The translations under genes and the position numbers were made by a program. A DNA stretch of 64,000 nucleotides, taken from positions 68,555 through 132,554 of the forward strand of contig CAVRJJ010000001.1 of assembly GCA_963721685.1 (NCBI GenBank), in the 5' to 3' direction. The notes beneath the pieces were generated by a model. It ran no database searches. It was not told the origin of the DNA and worked only from the letters and a program-made list of their open reading frames with translations. Origin of the DNA: an uncultured bacterium. GTDB taxonomy: Bacteria; Patescibacteriota; Saccharimonadia; UBA4664; SCTI01. Below, piece after piece: positions 29,947 to 39,792 of this stretch (positions within the stretch are counted from its first letter, which is position 1; each line of letters begins with the position of its first letter).

Positions 29947-30204
29947 ATGCAAGATATACAAACGGTTCTGGTAGTATTGCTAAGCATTGGCTTTGCAGTG
30001 CTCTTGGTTTTGGGCATTATTATGGTATTTATTCTCATAAGAATTATTACCAATATCCGCCACATTACCCAGCGCCTCGATGAAACTACGGAAAACATGG
30101 GCGAAATGGCTAAACATGTTGGCAAGAAAGTCGCTCCGGCAGCACTTTCAGCGCTTGGATCACTGTTGATTCGAAAGGCTAAATCTAAGGTAAAAAAAGG
30201 ATAA
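29947..30204 (+). CDS. Small membrane protein (DUF948/YoxC-like)
   Basis: N-terminal TM plus coiled coil; precedes the YtxH-like gene. Confidence 0.65.
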   Translation: MQDIQTVLVVLLSIGFAVLLVLGIIMVFILIRIITNIRHITQRLDETTENMGEMAKHVGKKVAPAALSALGSLLIRKAKSKVKKG

Positions 30205-30209
30205 ATACT

Positions 30210-30713
30210 ATGACGCACCACCACAAGAAGGATAAGAAAAAAGGTTTTGTAACCGGCGCATTAATTGGCACGGTTATTGGTGGTGTCGCGGCGCTGCTAT
30301 TTGCCCCTAAGAGCGGCAAAGAAACCCAGGCTGAGATCAAGCAAAAAGCTGGTGGAATAGTAAAGTCGGGAAATGCCAAGCTGACAGAGCTGGGAAGTGA
30401 ATTAGATGGCCGCATCGATAGCCTAAAAGTAGCGGCAAAGGAGCTTCACGGGGAAGCCCGCGAGGAAAGCCAGCGCCTCATAACACGCGCCGAAATCTTG
30501 CGTAATGACCTAGAGGCGGCGGTTGAGAGGTTGGCAAAAACTGGCCGGGATGCTAAAGAAGACGCGGCAATTGATGCCAAGCGCCTAGTTCAGGATGGTC
30601 AAGATGTTATCTCGGAGCTTGAGCGCACTACCAAAAAAATTATGGGATCATTTCGGTCTAAAGTAGGCAAAAAAGACAGCGAAGCCGACAAGCATGACGA
30701 AACCGAACGCTAA
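30210..30713 (+). CDS. YtxH domain protein
   Basis: GALIGTVIGGVAALLFAPKSGKETQ. Confidence 0.88.
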   Translation: MTHHHKKDKKKGFVTGALIGTVIGGVAALLFAPKSGKETQAEIKQKAGGIVKSGNAKLTELGSELDGRIDSLKVAAKELHGEAREESQRLITRAEILRNDLEAAVERLAKTGRDAKEDAAIDAKRLVQDGQDVISELERTTKKIMGSFRSKVGKKDSEADKHDETER

Positions 30714-30981
30714 GCCTACTAAAGAAGAATACGAAAAGCTTGGAAAGGCGGTCGAAGGGGCGCTAATAAATGATTATATTAACTGGCTGGGTAATACCCG
30801 CCGGCAGGCAATCTCATCTTTTATCCGCGGTATCTTTATGGGCCTTGGCACAGCTATCGGCGCGACACTAGTGGTTGCTCTACTGGTTTGGATCCTGTAC
30901 ATACTTGGCGATATCCCAGGAATTGGAGAATATTTTAAAGGTGCCGGCGACCAAATTGAGAATAAAGTTCCCGGGCAATAA
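30694..30981 (+). CDS. Small membrane protein (DUF5665-like)
   Basis: FIRGIFMGLGTAIGAT...IPGIG motif. Confidence 0.75.
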   Translation: MTKPNAKPTKEEYEKLGKAVEGALINDYINWLGNTRRQAISSFIRGIFMGLGTAIGATLVVALLVWILYILGDIPGIGEYFKGAGDQIENKVPGQ

Positions 30982-31006
30982 ATAATTTTTAGATGATAGC
31001 GGTCGC

Positions 31007-31030
31007 GCAGCCCGCCAGATGGCGGGCTGC
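31007..31030. terminator. GC-rich hairpin between convergent genes
   Basis: GCAGCCCGCC-AGAT-GGCGGGCTGC perfect stem. Confidence 0.7.
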
Positions 31031-31287
31031 TAGGTTTCACGGACTATGTCACTCTCCCAAGCCCACACCGGCCATGCCGTGTTAATGTAGGGGTGAGGTG
31101 GCGGGTTGAGCGGCAGTAGCTTGTACCGCCACTCCAGGCGCTGATCGCCGTGCTCGTCGAGGGGACGCTTTTGTTCGCGCCGTTCAACAACAACACAGGT
31201 GAGTACAAGCTTCGGATCGGCGGGCGACCGAAAGGTCACTCGCGTGGTGCCGTCGGCGCTGTATATCGGTGGCGGGCGGCTGCCCAT
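31030..31287 (-). CDS. Orphan hypothetical protein, 85 aa (MGSRPPPIYS...)
   Basis: AAGGAG RBS upstream of ATG 31287; GC-rich islet. Confidence 0.6.
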   Translation of the reverse strand: MGSRPPPIYSADGTTRVTFRSPADPKLVLTCVVVERREQKRPLDEHGDQRLEWRYKLLPLNPPPHPYINTAWPVWAWESDIVRET

Positions 31288-31313
31288 AATGCTCCTTGTC
31301 TTGGAGGTGAATG

Positions 31314-31685
31314 CTACGAGATCATCACGGGCGATTCGCCTCGCTTGTGGTTGATTGCGTCGCGAATGGCTTCGAGTTCCTCGTGGTCGAGAACCGCGAA
31401 CGAAGCCCAACTGTCGGCTCCGACCTCGCGTCCGTTGATCAGGTAGCTCTGTCGACGAATCGGCATGCCCTGGTCGTCGTAGTCGACGGTTTCGATCCTC
31501 ACCGCGAACGTGGTCCGAGTACCGTTGGGACGGCGGTAAGGGACGCTGCACGAGTCAATTGCTGGCTTTGCAGCAGCGACGAGCCTCGTGATCAGATCCT
31601 TGGCCTCCACCATAGCGATGAGAGCTCGTGCTCGTCTGGAGGTTCTCCACTTCGATGCTGGCCTTTCTATGGTATTGCCCATCAT
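31314..31685 (-). CDS. Orphan hypothetical protein, 123 aa (MMGNTIERPASK...)
   Basis: GAAAGTAGGA RBS-like motif and TTGAAA-17-TATATA promoter-like element upstream. Confidence 0.6.
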   Translation of the reverse strand: MMGNTIERPASKWRTSRRARALIAMVEAKDLITRLVAAAKPAIDSCSVPYRRPNGTRTTFAVRIETVDYDDQGMPIRRQSYLINGREVGADSWASFAVLDHEELEAIRDAINHKRGESPVMIS

Positions 31686-31822
31686 TGGTGGTCCTACTTT
31701 CGGGTTGTGTGTTAAGAAACCGTTGCTTATATATACCACAAATTGCTTAAAGTTTCAAGTGTTTCCATAATTACGCTAACGCTTGGGCGTGGTATACTAA
31801 GTGAATCGAAAAGGGGGCCTGT

Positions 31823-34800
31823 TTGAGCGAGGATACAGCCGCGACGCTGAAAGCGAACGCGTCAAAATCAAAGTTTGTTCACCTGCATAATCACAGCCAC
31901 TATAGTTTGCTGGACGGCTTGCAAAAGGTTCCTCAAATGCTCGACCAAGCCGCCAAACTCGGTATGGACGCGATTGCCCTTACCGACCACGGAACCCTTT
32001 CCGGAGCGGTGGAGTTTTATAACGTTGCCAAGCAAAAAGGCATTAAACCAATTATCGGGCTTGAGGCCTATGTTTCCCCAAGACGGATGCATGAAAAAAC
32101 TGGCAAAATTGACGCTAACCCCTTCCATTTGATTTTGCTAGCAAAAAATTACGAAGGTTACCAAAACTTAATGCGGATTTCAACCGAAGCGCATTTAAAC
32201 GGCTTTTATTACAAGCCGCGTATCGACCGGCAGCTATTGGAGCTCCACCACGAAGGAATAATTGCCCTGAGCGGCTGTGCTTCTGGAGAGGTTGGGCGCT
32301 CTATCTTAAATGGCGCGATGAAGGAAGCCAGAGAAACGGTGGAGTGGTATAGCGCTACCTTCGGTAACGGCAATTATTATCTTGAACTACAGGATCACGA
32401 GGAGTGGGAGCCGCAAGTTCGGATTAACAAAGGGTTGATTCAGCTCAGTAAAGAAACTGGGGTGCCCTTGGTGGTAACCGCTGACTCGCACTATACCTGT
32501 AAAGATGACCGTGAGGCTCATGAAATCCTGTTGTGCGTTCAAACCGGCAAGACCATTGGAGATACCGATCGCATGGAAATGGATATGGCGCTCTATGTTT
32601 CTAGCCCGGATGACGTTTTAGACCGCTGGAAGCATCTGCCGGAGGCTCTGGAAAACTCGGTAAAAATTGCTAATGCCTGTGACATGGAGCTGCCGCTCGA
32701 CCAAATCTTAATACCCACGTTCTCCACGCCCAAAGGTGAAACCGAGCATGATTATTTGCGTAAACTATGTTGGCAAGGCGCGATGTGGCGTTATGGCGAT
32801 ATTGCCCACGAAGACATGCATCTTCAAACAGAAGATAAAGCCCATAAAGAATTGAGCACGGAGGTGGTTGAACGGCTAGAGTATGAGCTGGGTGTTATTA
32901 GCAAAATGGGGTATGAAGGGTATTTCCTGATTGTGGCCGATTTCATTAACTGGGGTAAGAACCAGGGCATTATTTTTGGTCCGGGGCGGGGAAGCGCCGC
33001 CGGTTCGATTGTGGCCTATGTTATGAATGTGACCGACCTTGATCCCTTAAAATACGATTTGCTGTTTGAGCGGTTTCTCAATCCCGACCGTATTAGCATG
33101 CCGGATATCGATATTGATATCCAGGACACCCGACGGGGGGAGGTAATTGATTATGTTACCGAAAAGTACGGCCAAGACCGGGTGGCCCAAATTATTACCT
33201 TTGGCACCATGGCTGCCCGCAACGCCGTGCGTGACACGGGGAGGGCTTTGGGCATGAGCTACGCCGAAGTTGACGCGATTGCCAAAAAGATTCCCCAGCC
33301 GGTACAGGGGCGCCACATTCCATTGGCAAGCTCTATTAAGGATGACCCCGAACTACGCGGCGAGTATCGGGATAATCCACGGGCTAAAAACCTGATTGAT
33401 GTCGCTATGAAGCTTGAGGGCACTATCCGCTCCAACGGGGTGCACGCTGCCGGGGTAGTGATCGCGGCTGATGATATTGTGAAGTTTACCCCGCTGCAGC
33501 GCGCCCAAAAGGGCGGTATTTGCACACAGTATTCCATGGGGCCGATTGAGCAGCTGGGACTGCTTAAAATGGATTTCTTGGGCCTTTCAAACCTTACGAT
33601 TATTAAGAACACCCTGCGGATTGTGAAGCGGGTCTATGGTAAGGAAATCGATATCGCCGACATTCCCTTAAATGATACTAAAACCTATGAGCTGTTTGCC
33701 CGCGGCGATACCACCGGCCTGTTCCAGTTCGAGTCGGCCGGTATGAAGCGGTACTTGCGCGGACTTAAGCCGACACGGTTTGATGACTTGGTAGCGATGA
33801 ACGCGCTCTACCGGCCTGGCCCGATGCAGTGGATTGAAGATTTTATCGACCGCAAGCATGGCCGCAAGAAAGTGGAATACCTTCATCCCACCATGCAAAC
33901 AGCGCTTGAGCCAACTTACGGAATTATTGTCTATCAAGAGCAGGTAATGCAAATTTCTAAGGAAATGTGTGGTTTTACCGGTGGCCAAGCCGATAGCTTG
34001 CGCAAAGCAGTTGCTAAAAAGAAGCCGGCCGAAATGGCAAAGATGAAAAAAGATTTTATTGATGGCGCCATTAACACATCTAGGGCTGACCGTAAAACGA
34101 TGGAAGACTTTTGGACCCAGCTGGAAGCTTTTGCCGCCTATGCCTTTCCCAAATCCCACTCCGCGTGTTACGCGCTTATAGCGGTACAAACCGCCTATCT
34201 GAAAGCCAACTACCCCAGCGCCTTCATGGCTGCCTTGATGACATCAAACTATGATAATATCGATAAAATTTCACTTGAGATTTCCGAGTGCCGCCGCATG
34301 GGTATTAATGTGTTATCGCCGGATATTAACGAAAGTTTCTTGGAATTTGGCATTGTACCCGACTCTAAAGATATCCGCTTTGGGCTAGCCGCCATTAAAA
34401 ACGTCGGCACGGGCGCGATTAATACCATTTTAGCGGCTCGGGAAGTTGGCGGTCCGTATAAGGATGTTGAGGATTTTGCCAAACGGGTTTCCGCCAGCGA
34501 GTGCAACCGCAAGGTATGGGAGGCTTTAATTAAGTCGGGCGCGATGGATAGCTTTGGCGAACGCTCCCAGCTGCTGCACAATCTGGATAGCATCACCAGC
34601 TACGCCTCAAAAGCCCAAAAGAACGCCCTTTCCGGCCAAATCGATATATTCGGGTCGCTCGGGGAAGATAGCATGCCAGGTTTGCGGCTTGAACTGCCCG
34701 ACCGGGTAATCCCGGCGCGGGAGCAGCTGGGTTGGGAACGTGAACTGCTAGGGTTGTTTCTGTCCCAACATCCGCTGGATGATTATGAGGGCTATTTGGC

Positions 34801-35404
34801 CGATAACACGGTGCCGATTGCCACTATAACCACGCAGCACGAAGGCCGCGCGGCCAAAATTGGGGGCACTATTACCACCGTCCGTAAAATCACTACCAAG
34901 AAAAACGACATGATGGCCTTTGTGGGGCTAGAAGATAAAACCGGCACGCTTGAATTGATTGTATTTCCTAAGGCCTACGAAAAATCTCCCGGGCTATGGG
35001 AGGTCGACAATGTCATTGAGGTAAATGGCAAAATCAACACCAAAGACCGTGAGGGCCGCCAAGACGGTGAGATAAAAGTTATGGTTGATGACGCCAGCAT
35101 GATTGATTACGACAAAGCTAAAAGTCATAAACGTATCAAACCACTTCCGGTAAAACCGCCTACCGAGGATGAAGTTGTCGCGGCAGAAGCCGACCCGTTA
35201 ACGATCCGCCTCCAGTCAATTGCAAATACGACTATCTTAACTGAGATAAAGCAACTGCTTGAGTCCAGCCCCGGGGCTAACCCGGTTAATTTAGTGATGC
35301 CCGGCAATCCCCCAAAGACGATCCGATTGCCGTTTACGGTAACTATTACACCTGAACTGAACCTACAACTACAAGAGGTTGTTAAGGCCGCAGCTCAAAC
35401 CTAG
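31823..35404 (+). CDS. dnaE: DNA polymerase III subunit alpha
   Basis: PHP motif HLHNHSHYSLLDG, GPGRGSAAGS, FERFLNPDRISMPDIDID, OB fold. Confidence 0.98.
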   Translation: MSEDTAATLKANASKSKFVHLHNHSHYSLLDGLQKVPQMLDQAAKLGMDAIALTDHGTLSGAVEFYNVAKQKGIKPIIGLEAYVSPRRMHEKTGKIDANPFHLILLAKNYEGYQNLMRISTEAHLNGFYYKPRIDRQLLELHHEGIIALSGCASGEVGRSILNGAMKEARETVEWYSATFGNGNYYLELQDHEEWEPQVRINKGLIQLSKETGVPLVVTADSHYTCKDDREAHEILLCVQTGKTIGDTDRMEMDMALYVSSPDDVLDRWKHLPEALENSVKIANACDMELPLDQILIPTFSTPKGETEHDYLRKLCWQGAMWRYGDIAHEDMHLQTEDKAHKELSTEVVERLEYELGVISKMGYEGYFLIVADFINWGKNQGIIFGPGRGSAAGSIVAYVMNVTDLDPLKYDLLFERFLNPDRISMPDIDIDIQDTRRGEVIDYVTEKYGQDRVAQIITFGTMAARNAVRDTGRALGMSYAEVDAIAKKIPQPVQGRHIPLASSIKDDPELRGEYRDNPRAKNLIDVAMKLEGTIRSNGVHAAGVVIAADDIVKFTPLQRAQKGGICTQYSMGPIEQLGLLKMDFLGLSNLTIIKNTLRIVKRVYGKEIDIADIPLNDTKTYELFARGDTTGLFQFESAGMKRYLRGLKPTRFDDLVAMNALYRPGPMQWIEDFIDRKHGRKKVEYLHPTMQTALEPTYGIIVYQEQVMQISKEMCGFTGGQADSLRKAVAKKKPAEMAKMKKDFIDGAINTSRADRKTMEDFWTQLEAFAAYAFPKSHSACYALIAVQTAYLKANYPSAFMAALMTSNYDNIDKISLEISECRRMGINVLSPDINESFLEFGIVPDSKDIRFGLAAIKNVGTGAINTILAAREVGGPYKDVEDFAKRVSASECNRKVWEALIKSGAMDSFGERSQLLHNLDSITSYASKAQKNALSGQIDIFGSLGEDSMPGLRLELPDRVIPAREQLGWERELLGLFLSQHPLDDYEGYLADNTVPIATITTQHEGRAAKIGGTITTVRKITTKKNDMMAFVGLEDKTGTLELIVFPKAYEKSPGLWEVDNVIEVNGKINTKDREGRQDGEIKVMVDDASMIDYDKAKSHKRIKPLPVKPPTEDEVVAAEADPLTIRLQSIANTTILTEIKQLLESSPGANPVNLVMPGNPPKTIRLPFTVTITPELNLQLQEVVKAAAQT

Positions 35405-35482
35405 TTTCCCGTTAATGGGAATGTAATTATTACAAATCATGGTATAGTATCTTTGCTTCAGCAAACCGACCGAAGGACAACC

Positions 35483-35743
35483 ATGGAAGACCCTTACCAG
35501 GTTCTAGGTGTTCCTGCATCGGCAAGCGAGGAGGACATCAAAAGAGCGTACCGTGTACTCGCGCGGCTGCATCACCCGGACCAAAATCCAGGGAGGGGTG
35601 ACACCGACTTTAAGGCGGCTACCGCGGCCTATGAAGAGCTGAGCGATCCCGAAAAGCGACGCCAGTATGACGCAAAACAAAATCGTCCTGATTTCGCGGA
35701 GATGGTTGGCCGTTATTTCGACGCCTTTTTCTCCGCGAGGTAA
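35483..35743 (+). CDS. Small J-domain (DnaJ-like) protein, 86 aa
   Basis: DPYQVLGV...IKRAYRVLARLHHPDQN...AYEELSDPEKRRQYD; intact HPD. Confidence 0.88.
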   Translation: MEDPYQVLGVPASASEEDIKRAYRVLARLHHPDQNPGRGDTDFKAATAAYEELSDPEKRRQYDAKQNRPDFAEMVGRYFDAFFSAR

Positions 35744-35791
35744 CCAGTTTCTGCACAAAGGCAAACCCACGAAACGAAAGTAGGTGGACAA

Positions 35792-35932
35792 GTGCGATGC
35801 AAGTTCCGGTTCTGGCTGCAGGAAGAGCGCGGAGATGCTGGCACGGTGATGATGGTCGTGCTGTTTCTGGTGATCCTGGCGCTGGTGGTCCTCGGGTTCC
35901 TCTTCCTCCCACCCCTGCCTCATGCGGGTTGA
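35792..35932 (+). CDS. 46-aa single-TM peptide with class III signal-like EERG motif (not in ORF track)
   Basis: GTG start after AGGTGG; MRCKFRFWLQEERGDAGTVMMVVLFLVILALVVLGFLFLPPLPHAG. Confidence 0.55.
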   Translation: MRCKFRFWLQEERGDAGTVMMVVLFLVILALVVLGFLFLPPLPHAG

Positions 35933-35933
35933 C

Positions 35934-36062
35934 ATGTCGAGGTTCAGGCGCGGGAAGGTACGCAGTCTCATCTTCGACGTAGTCGTTGCGCTGTTGTTGC
36001 TCGCAGGGCTCATCGCCTTCTGCGTGGCGATGGCGTACTTCGACCGCAACCCGATATGGTGA
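35934..36062 (+). CDS. 42-aa single-TM peptide (not in ORF track)
   Basis: ATG 1 nt after the previous stop; MSRFRRGKVRSLIFDVVVALLLLAGLIAFCVAMAYFDRNPIW. Confidence 0.55.
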   Translation: MSRFRRGKVRSLIFDVVVALLLLAGLIAFCVAMAYFDRNPIW

Positions 36063-36187
36063 AGCCGAAGCTGGCTCACCAGTGCCTTCTCCGGGCGCTA
36101 CTCTGTCAATCGACCGAGAGCGCTTTGGAGGGGGCGTTCTTAGTTATTATTGATCTGCCCATCAGATTATGCTACATTACTTGGGTT

Positions 36188-36820
36188 ATGCATCCAGCAA
36201 TCACCCAGCTTGAATCTACCCATCGCAAAACCGCTGTCGCCAAAGTCCAGTCCGGCGATACCGTGCGTGTGCACCAGCGCATTCGTGAGGGCGCCAAACA
36301 GCGGATCCAGATTTTTGAAGGCGTGGTGATCCGTACCCATCGGCTGGATAGCCTTTCCGCTACCGTTACTGTGCGCCGGATTGCCAGCGGTGTCGGCGTT
36401 GAAAAAACCTATTTATTGCACTCCCCTAATATCGATAAGGTTGAAATTTTGCGCCGTGCCAAAGTGCGCCGCAACTTTCTAAGTTATCTGCGCGGCCGGC
36501 GCGGCAAATCTGCCCGGCTCCAAGAGATGGGCTTTGATAAAGCGGCCGCTAACGCTTCCGATAACAGTCTCTTGGTCCCAGGAGATGATGCCCCCGGTAC
36601 CGCCGCCGCCGCCGCGGTAACAGAAATTGAAGCTGATGAAAACCAGGATGAGCTAAACCAGACTGACGTTTCGTTGGATGAGGTAATCAAGGAAGAGAAC
36701 AAAGCAGCCGGGGCTGATGATGCCAGCCCGAGTGATGGCGGCACCGACGCCGGAGACGAATCGGAAATGGAGCGCGAGGAAGCCGAGCAAAAGATTGATA
36801 AACCCGGCAAAGACAGCTAA
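36188..36820 (+). CDS. rplS: 50S ribosomal protein L19 with long acidic C-terminal extension
   Basis: GDTVRVHQRIREG..RIQIFEGVVI, TVRRIASGVGVEK, KVRRNFLSYLR. Confidence 0.95.
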   Translation: MHPAITQLESTHRKTAVAKVQSGDTVRVHQRIREGAKQRIQIFEGVVIRTHRLDSLSATVTVRRIASGVGVEKTYLLHSPNIDKVEILRRAKVRRNFLSYLRGRRGKSARLQEMGFDKAAANASDNSLLVPGDDAPGTAAAAAVTEIEADENQDELNQTDVSLDEVIKEENKAAGADDASPSDGGTDAGDESEMEREEAEQKIDKPGKDS

Positions 36821-36845
36821 TTTACTTATTAACTTTTGATTAACA

Positions 36846-36869
36846 AGGTCCCGCTCGCGCGGGACTTTT
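36846..36869 (+). terminator. Intrinsic terminator after rplS
   Basis: GTCCCGC-TCGC-GCGGGAC-TTTT. Confidence 0.7.
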
Positions 36870-36883
36870 GGTATGCTGGGCAT

Positions 36884-37507
36884 ATGAAGATGGTTACGCC
36901 TAGCCGCGAATTGGAAAAGATGCTGTGGCAGCAAGGATATAGCTGGGTGGTTGGGATGGACGAGGTTGGCAGGGGGTGTTTGGCGGGTCCTTTAACGGTT
37001 GCTGCGGTGGTTTTGCCGCCAACTTACAGCGGAGGCGGTATTCGTGACTCCAAGTGGCTTACGTCCAAGCAGCGCATGCTACTAGCCGGGCAAATTCGCA
37101 AAGATGCCGTGGCTATTGGTGTTGGCTGGGCCTCGCCCGGCGAAATTGACGAAAATGGCTTAACACGTGCCCTCGGCTTGGCAGGGGGAAGGGCATTGGC
37201 TGGCGTTCCATCTGATGCCGCTATTATACTCGATGGAAACCACAACTACTTAGATGATGCTTATGCCGTTACCATGCAAGTCAAAGCCGACGAGTCGTGC
37301 CTGGCGGCCGCGGCCGCGTCGATTATCGCCAAGGTTGCGCGCGACCGCTACATGGAGCTGCTTCACCGGTTACATCCGTCTTACGGCTTTAGTACCAACC
37401 GGGGCTACGGATCGGTAACGCATTTAGCCACCCTTCTTGCCCAAGGTCCTTCTCCCTTTCACCGCCGAAGCTTCAACCCGTTAAAGGCTTCATTACTTGT
37501 CGGTTAA
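36884..37507 (+). CDS. rnhB: Ribonuclease HII
   Basis: GMDEVGRGCLAGP, RDSK, AAASIIAKVARD, HRRSF. Confidence 0.96.
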   Translation: MKMVTPSRELEKMLWQQGYSWVVGMDEVGRGCLAGPLTVAAVVLPPTYSGGGIRDSKWLTSKQRMLLAGQIRKDAVAIGVGWASPGEIDENGLTRALGLAGGRALAGVPSDAAIILDGNHNYLDDAYAVTMQVKADESCLAAAAASIIAKVARDRYMELLHRLHPSYGFSTNRGYGSVTHLATLLAQGPSPFHRRSFNPLKASLLVG

Positions 37508-37850
37508 CGTTGGCAAAAAGGCGGAGGTCGTAGCGGCTGCGTGGTTGGAAAACCAAGGTTTTAAGGTAATAGAACGAAATTGGAGGACACGATGGTGCGA
37601 GCTTGATATCGTGGCCGAGCGCACCGGTATAATCCATGTAATAGAGGTAAAATATCGCCGCCGCGCTGATTTTGGCACAGGTTTTGAATACATAACACCT
37701 GATAAAATCAATCGGCTCCAACGCGCGGCGCAGATGTGGCTGAAAGCTCGGAATCGTACCGACGCTTCCTTTCAAATAGATATTATGGCCATATCAGGAG
37801 AAATTCACCAAGAAAGTGTAGCCTATCTGCCCAACGCGATTGCCTGGTAG
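37497..37850 (+). CDS. YraN family (UPF0102) endonuclease-like protein
   Basis: ERNWR...ELDIVA...IEVKYR; follows rnhB. Confidence 0.9.
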   Translation: MSVNVGKKAEVVAAAWLENQGFKVIERNWRTRWCELDIVAERTGIIHVIEVKYRRRADFGTGFEYITPDKINRLQRAAQMWLKARNRTDASFQIDIMAISGEIHQESVAYLPNAIAW

Positions 37851-37868
37851 TGCGTTATACTAGGTACG

Positions 37869-39674
37869 ATGCAACCAATCAACACCTCCAAAACCACCTG
37901 GGACCTCTCGTCATTACTGGCTGAAGACAATGACCCCAAAATTATCGAATACCGTAAAGGGCTTAGCGCCGCTACCTCGGCTTTTGCCAACAAATGGCGT
38001 GAACGAACCGATTATCTCAAACAACCACCAGTACTGCTTAAAGCGCTCAACGAGTTCAATGAGCTGGAAAGCCTTAGGGCTAATGGCCGGGAGTACTATT
38101 ACTTTGGTTTGCGTTCCAGTGTGGATGCTATCGACCCGAATTTAAAGGCTAGGGAAAACCAGGCTATTGAGTTCTTGCAGGATATTTCCAACCAGCTGCA
38201 GTTCTTTTGGTTAAAGGTGGGTAATATTGATGAAAAGCTGCAGCCGGCTTTTTTGGATGATAAGGGTCTTTTGCCCTACCGCCACTGGATGGAGCAACAG
38301 TTTCGCTCGGCCAAGCACCGTTTAAGTGAAGCCGAAGAAAAAATTATGATGCTTAAATCCACCCCCGCCCATTCATTATGGGTGCAAATGACAAGCGATA
38401 TGTTGGCAAAGGATGAGCGGGAGGTGCTAACCGAAGACGGCAAAATCAAAAAGGCCACTGAAGAGGAGGTGCTTTCACTGTTAACCAGTAAGCAAAAACC
38501 GGTGCGCGACAAGGCCGCTAAAGCCATGAATGAAATGTTAGACGACCACGCCGACGTGGCCGTTACAGAACTTAATGCCATACTAAGCAATAAAAAAATT
38601 GACGACTCTCTGCGCGGATATGAACGTGCCGACAGTGCGCGCCACCATGCCGACGACATTGACAGTGAAGTGGTTGACGCGCTCATTGCCGCCGTATCAG
38701 ACCGCTACGACATTGCCCACCGTTACTATCAGTTGCGCGCTAAGCTAGTTGGCTTACCGAAGCTTGCCTACCACGAAAAAACCATTGAGTTTGGATCGGA
38801 CGATGTTGAGTATAAATACCCCAAAGCATCTCAGCTAGTTCATGACGTATTCACAAACCTTGATCCTGAGTTCGCCAATATCTACGCCTCATTTATGGAA
38901 AATGGCCAGATTGACGCCTTCCCCCGCAAAGGTAAACGCGGTGGGGCTTTTTGCGCTCATCACGGCATAACCCATCCTACTTATGTAATGCTGAACCATA
39001 CCGATAAACTACGGGACGTAATGACGATTGCCCATGAGATGGGTCACGCAATTAACAACGAACTGATCCGCAAAACCCAAAACGCCTTGAACTTTGGCAC
39101 GCCCATGGCCACGGCGGAAGTGGCCAGCACGTTTATGGAAGACTTTGTGGTGGAACGGCTCTTAAAGGAGGCGGATGATGAAACTGAGCTGTCACTTCGA
39201 ATTCGCCAACTCGATGACACTATTGCTACCATTTTCCGTCAAATCGCGTTTTACCGTTTCGAGCAAGAGCTGCACGCAGCGTTCCGTAAACAAGGCTACT
39301 TATCGCAAGACGAAATTGGAACCATCTTTGTAACGCATATTGACGCGTATTTGGGTCCGGTTTTCAACGGATCCACGGATGCGGCCAATTGGTGGATGTA
39401 TGTACCGCACTTTCGGTCATTCTTTTATGTCTATTCGTATGCCAGCGGATTACTGATTTCCAAAGCCATGCAGGCAAAGGTGCGTTCGGATAAAAGCTTT
39501 ATGGCTGAAGTTAAAACATTTCTGTCAGCCGGTTTGTCTAAGTCGCCCCAAGACATTTTTGCTGCCATGAAGATTGATATTACGGATAAGGGTTTTTGGA
39601 AAAACGGGTTAGAGGAAATAGACCGGCTATTGGCTGATACTGAAAAGCTGGCAAAGAAACTTGGTAAGGTTTAA
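37869..39674 (+). CDS. M3B oligoendopeptidase F family
   Basis: WDLSSL, GKRGGAFC, TIAHEMGHA, AEVASTF, PHF..FYVYSYA. Confidence 0.93.
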   Translation: MQPINTSKTTWDLSSLLAEDNDPKIIEYRKGLSAATSAFANKWRERTDYLKQPPVLLKALNEFNELESLRANGREYYYFGLRSSVDAIDPNLKARENQAIEFLQDISNQLQFFWLKVGNIDEKLQPAFLDDKGLLPYRHWMEQQFRSAKHRLSEAEEKIMMLKSTPAHSLWVQMTSDMLAKDEREVLTEDGKIKKATEEEVLSLLTSKQKPVRDKAAKAMNEMLDDHADVAVTELNAILSNKKIDDSLRGYERADSARHHADDIDSEVVDALIAAVSDRYDIAHRYYQLRAKLVGLPKLAYHEKTIEFGSDDVEYKYPKASQLVHDVFTNLDPEFANIYASFMENGQIDAFPRKGKRGGAFCAHHGITHPTYVMLNHTDKLRDVMTIAHEMGHAINNELIRKTQNALNFGTPMATAEVASTFMEDFVVERLLKEADDETELSLRIRQLDDTIATIFRQIAFYRFEQELHAAFRKQGYLSQDEIGTIFVTHIDAYLGPVFNGSTDAANWWMYVPHFRSFFYVYSYASGLLISKAMQAKVRSDKSFMAEVKTFLSAGLSKSPQDIFAAMKIDITDKGFWKNGLEEIDRLLADTEKLAKKLGKV

Positions 39675-39792
39675 ATAATTGCAGGCGGGTCCGCCACCAC
39701 CCCGAGGGGCGGCGGCGGGAGGCCGTTCATACACGCATTACTGCCCGGACAGGCAATTACGGTCGCTCGGAAGCGGCATTAATTGCGTCCTT

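Noticed and set aside
31823-35404. Intein or intron in dnaE
   Set aside because: Length of 1193 aa is typical, motifs are contiguous, and no splice-junction or LAGLIDADG motifs are seen.
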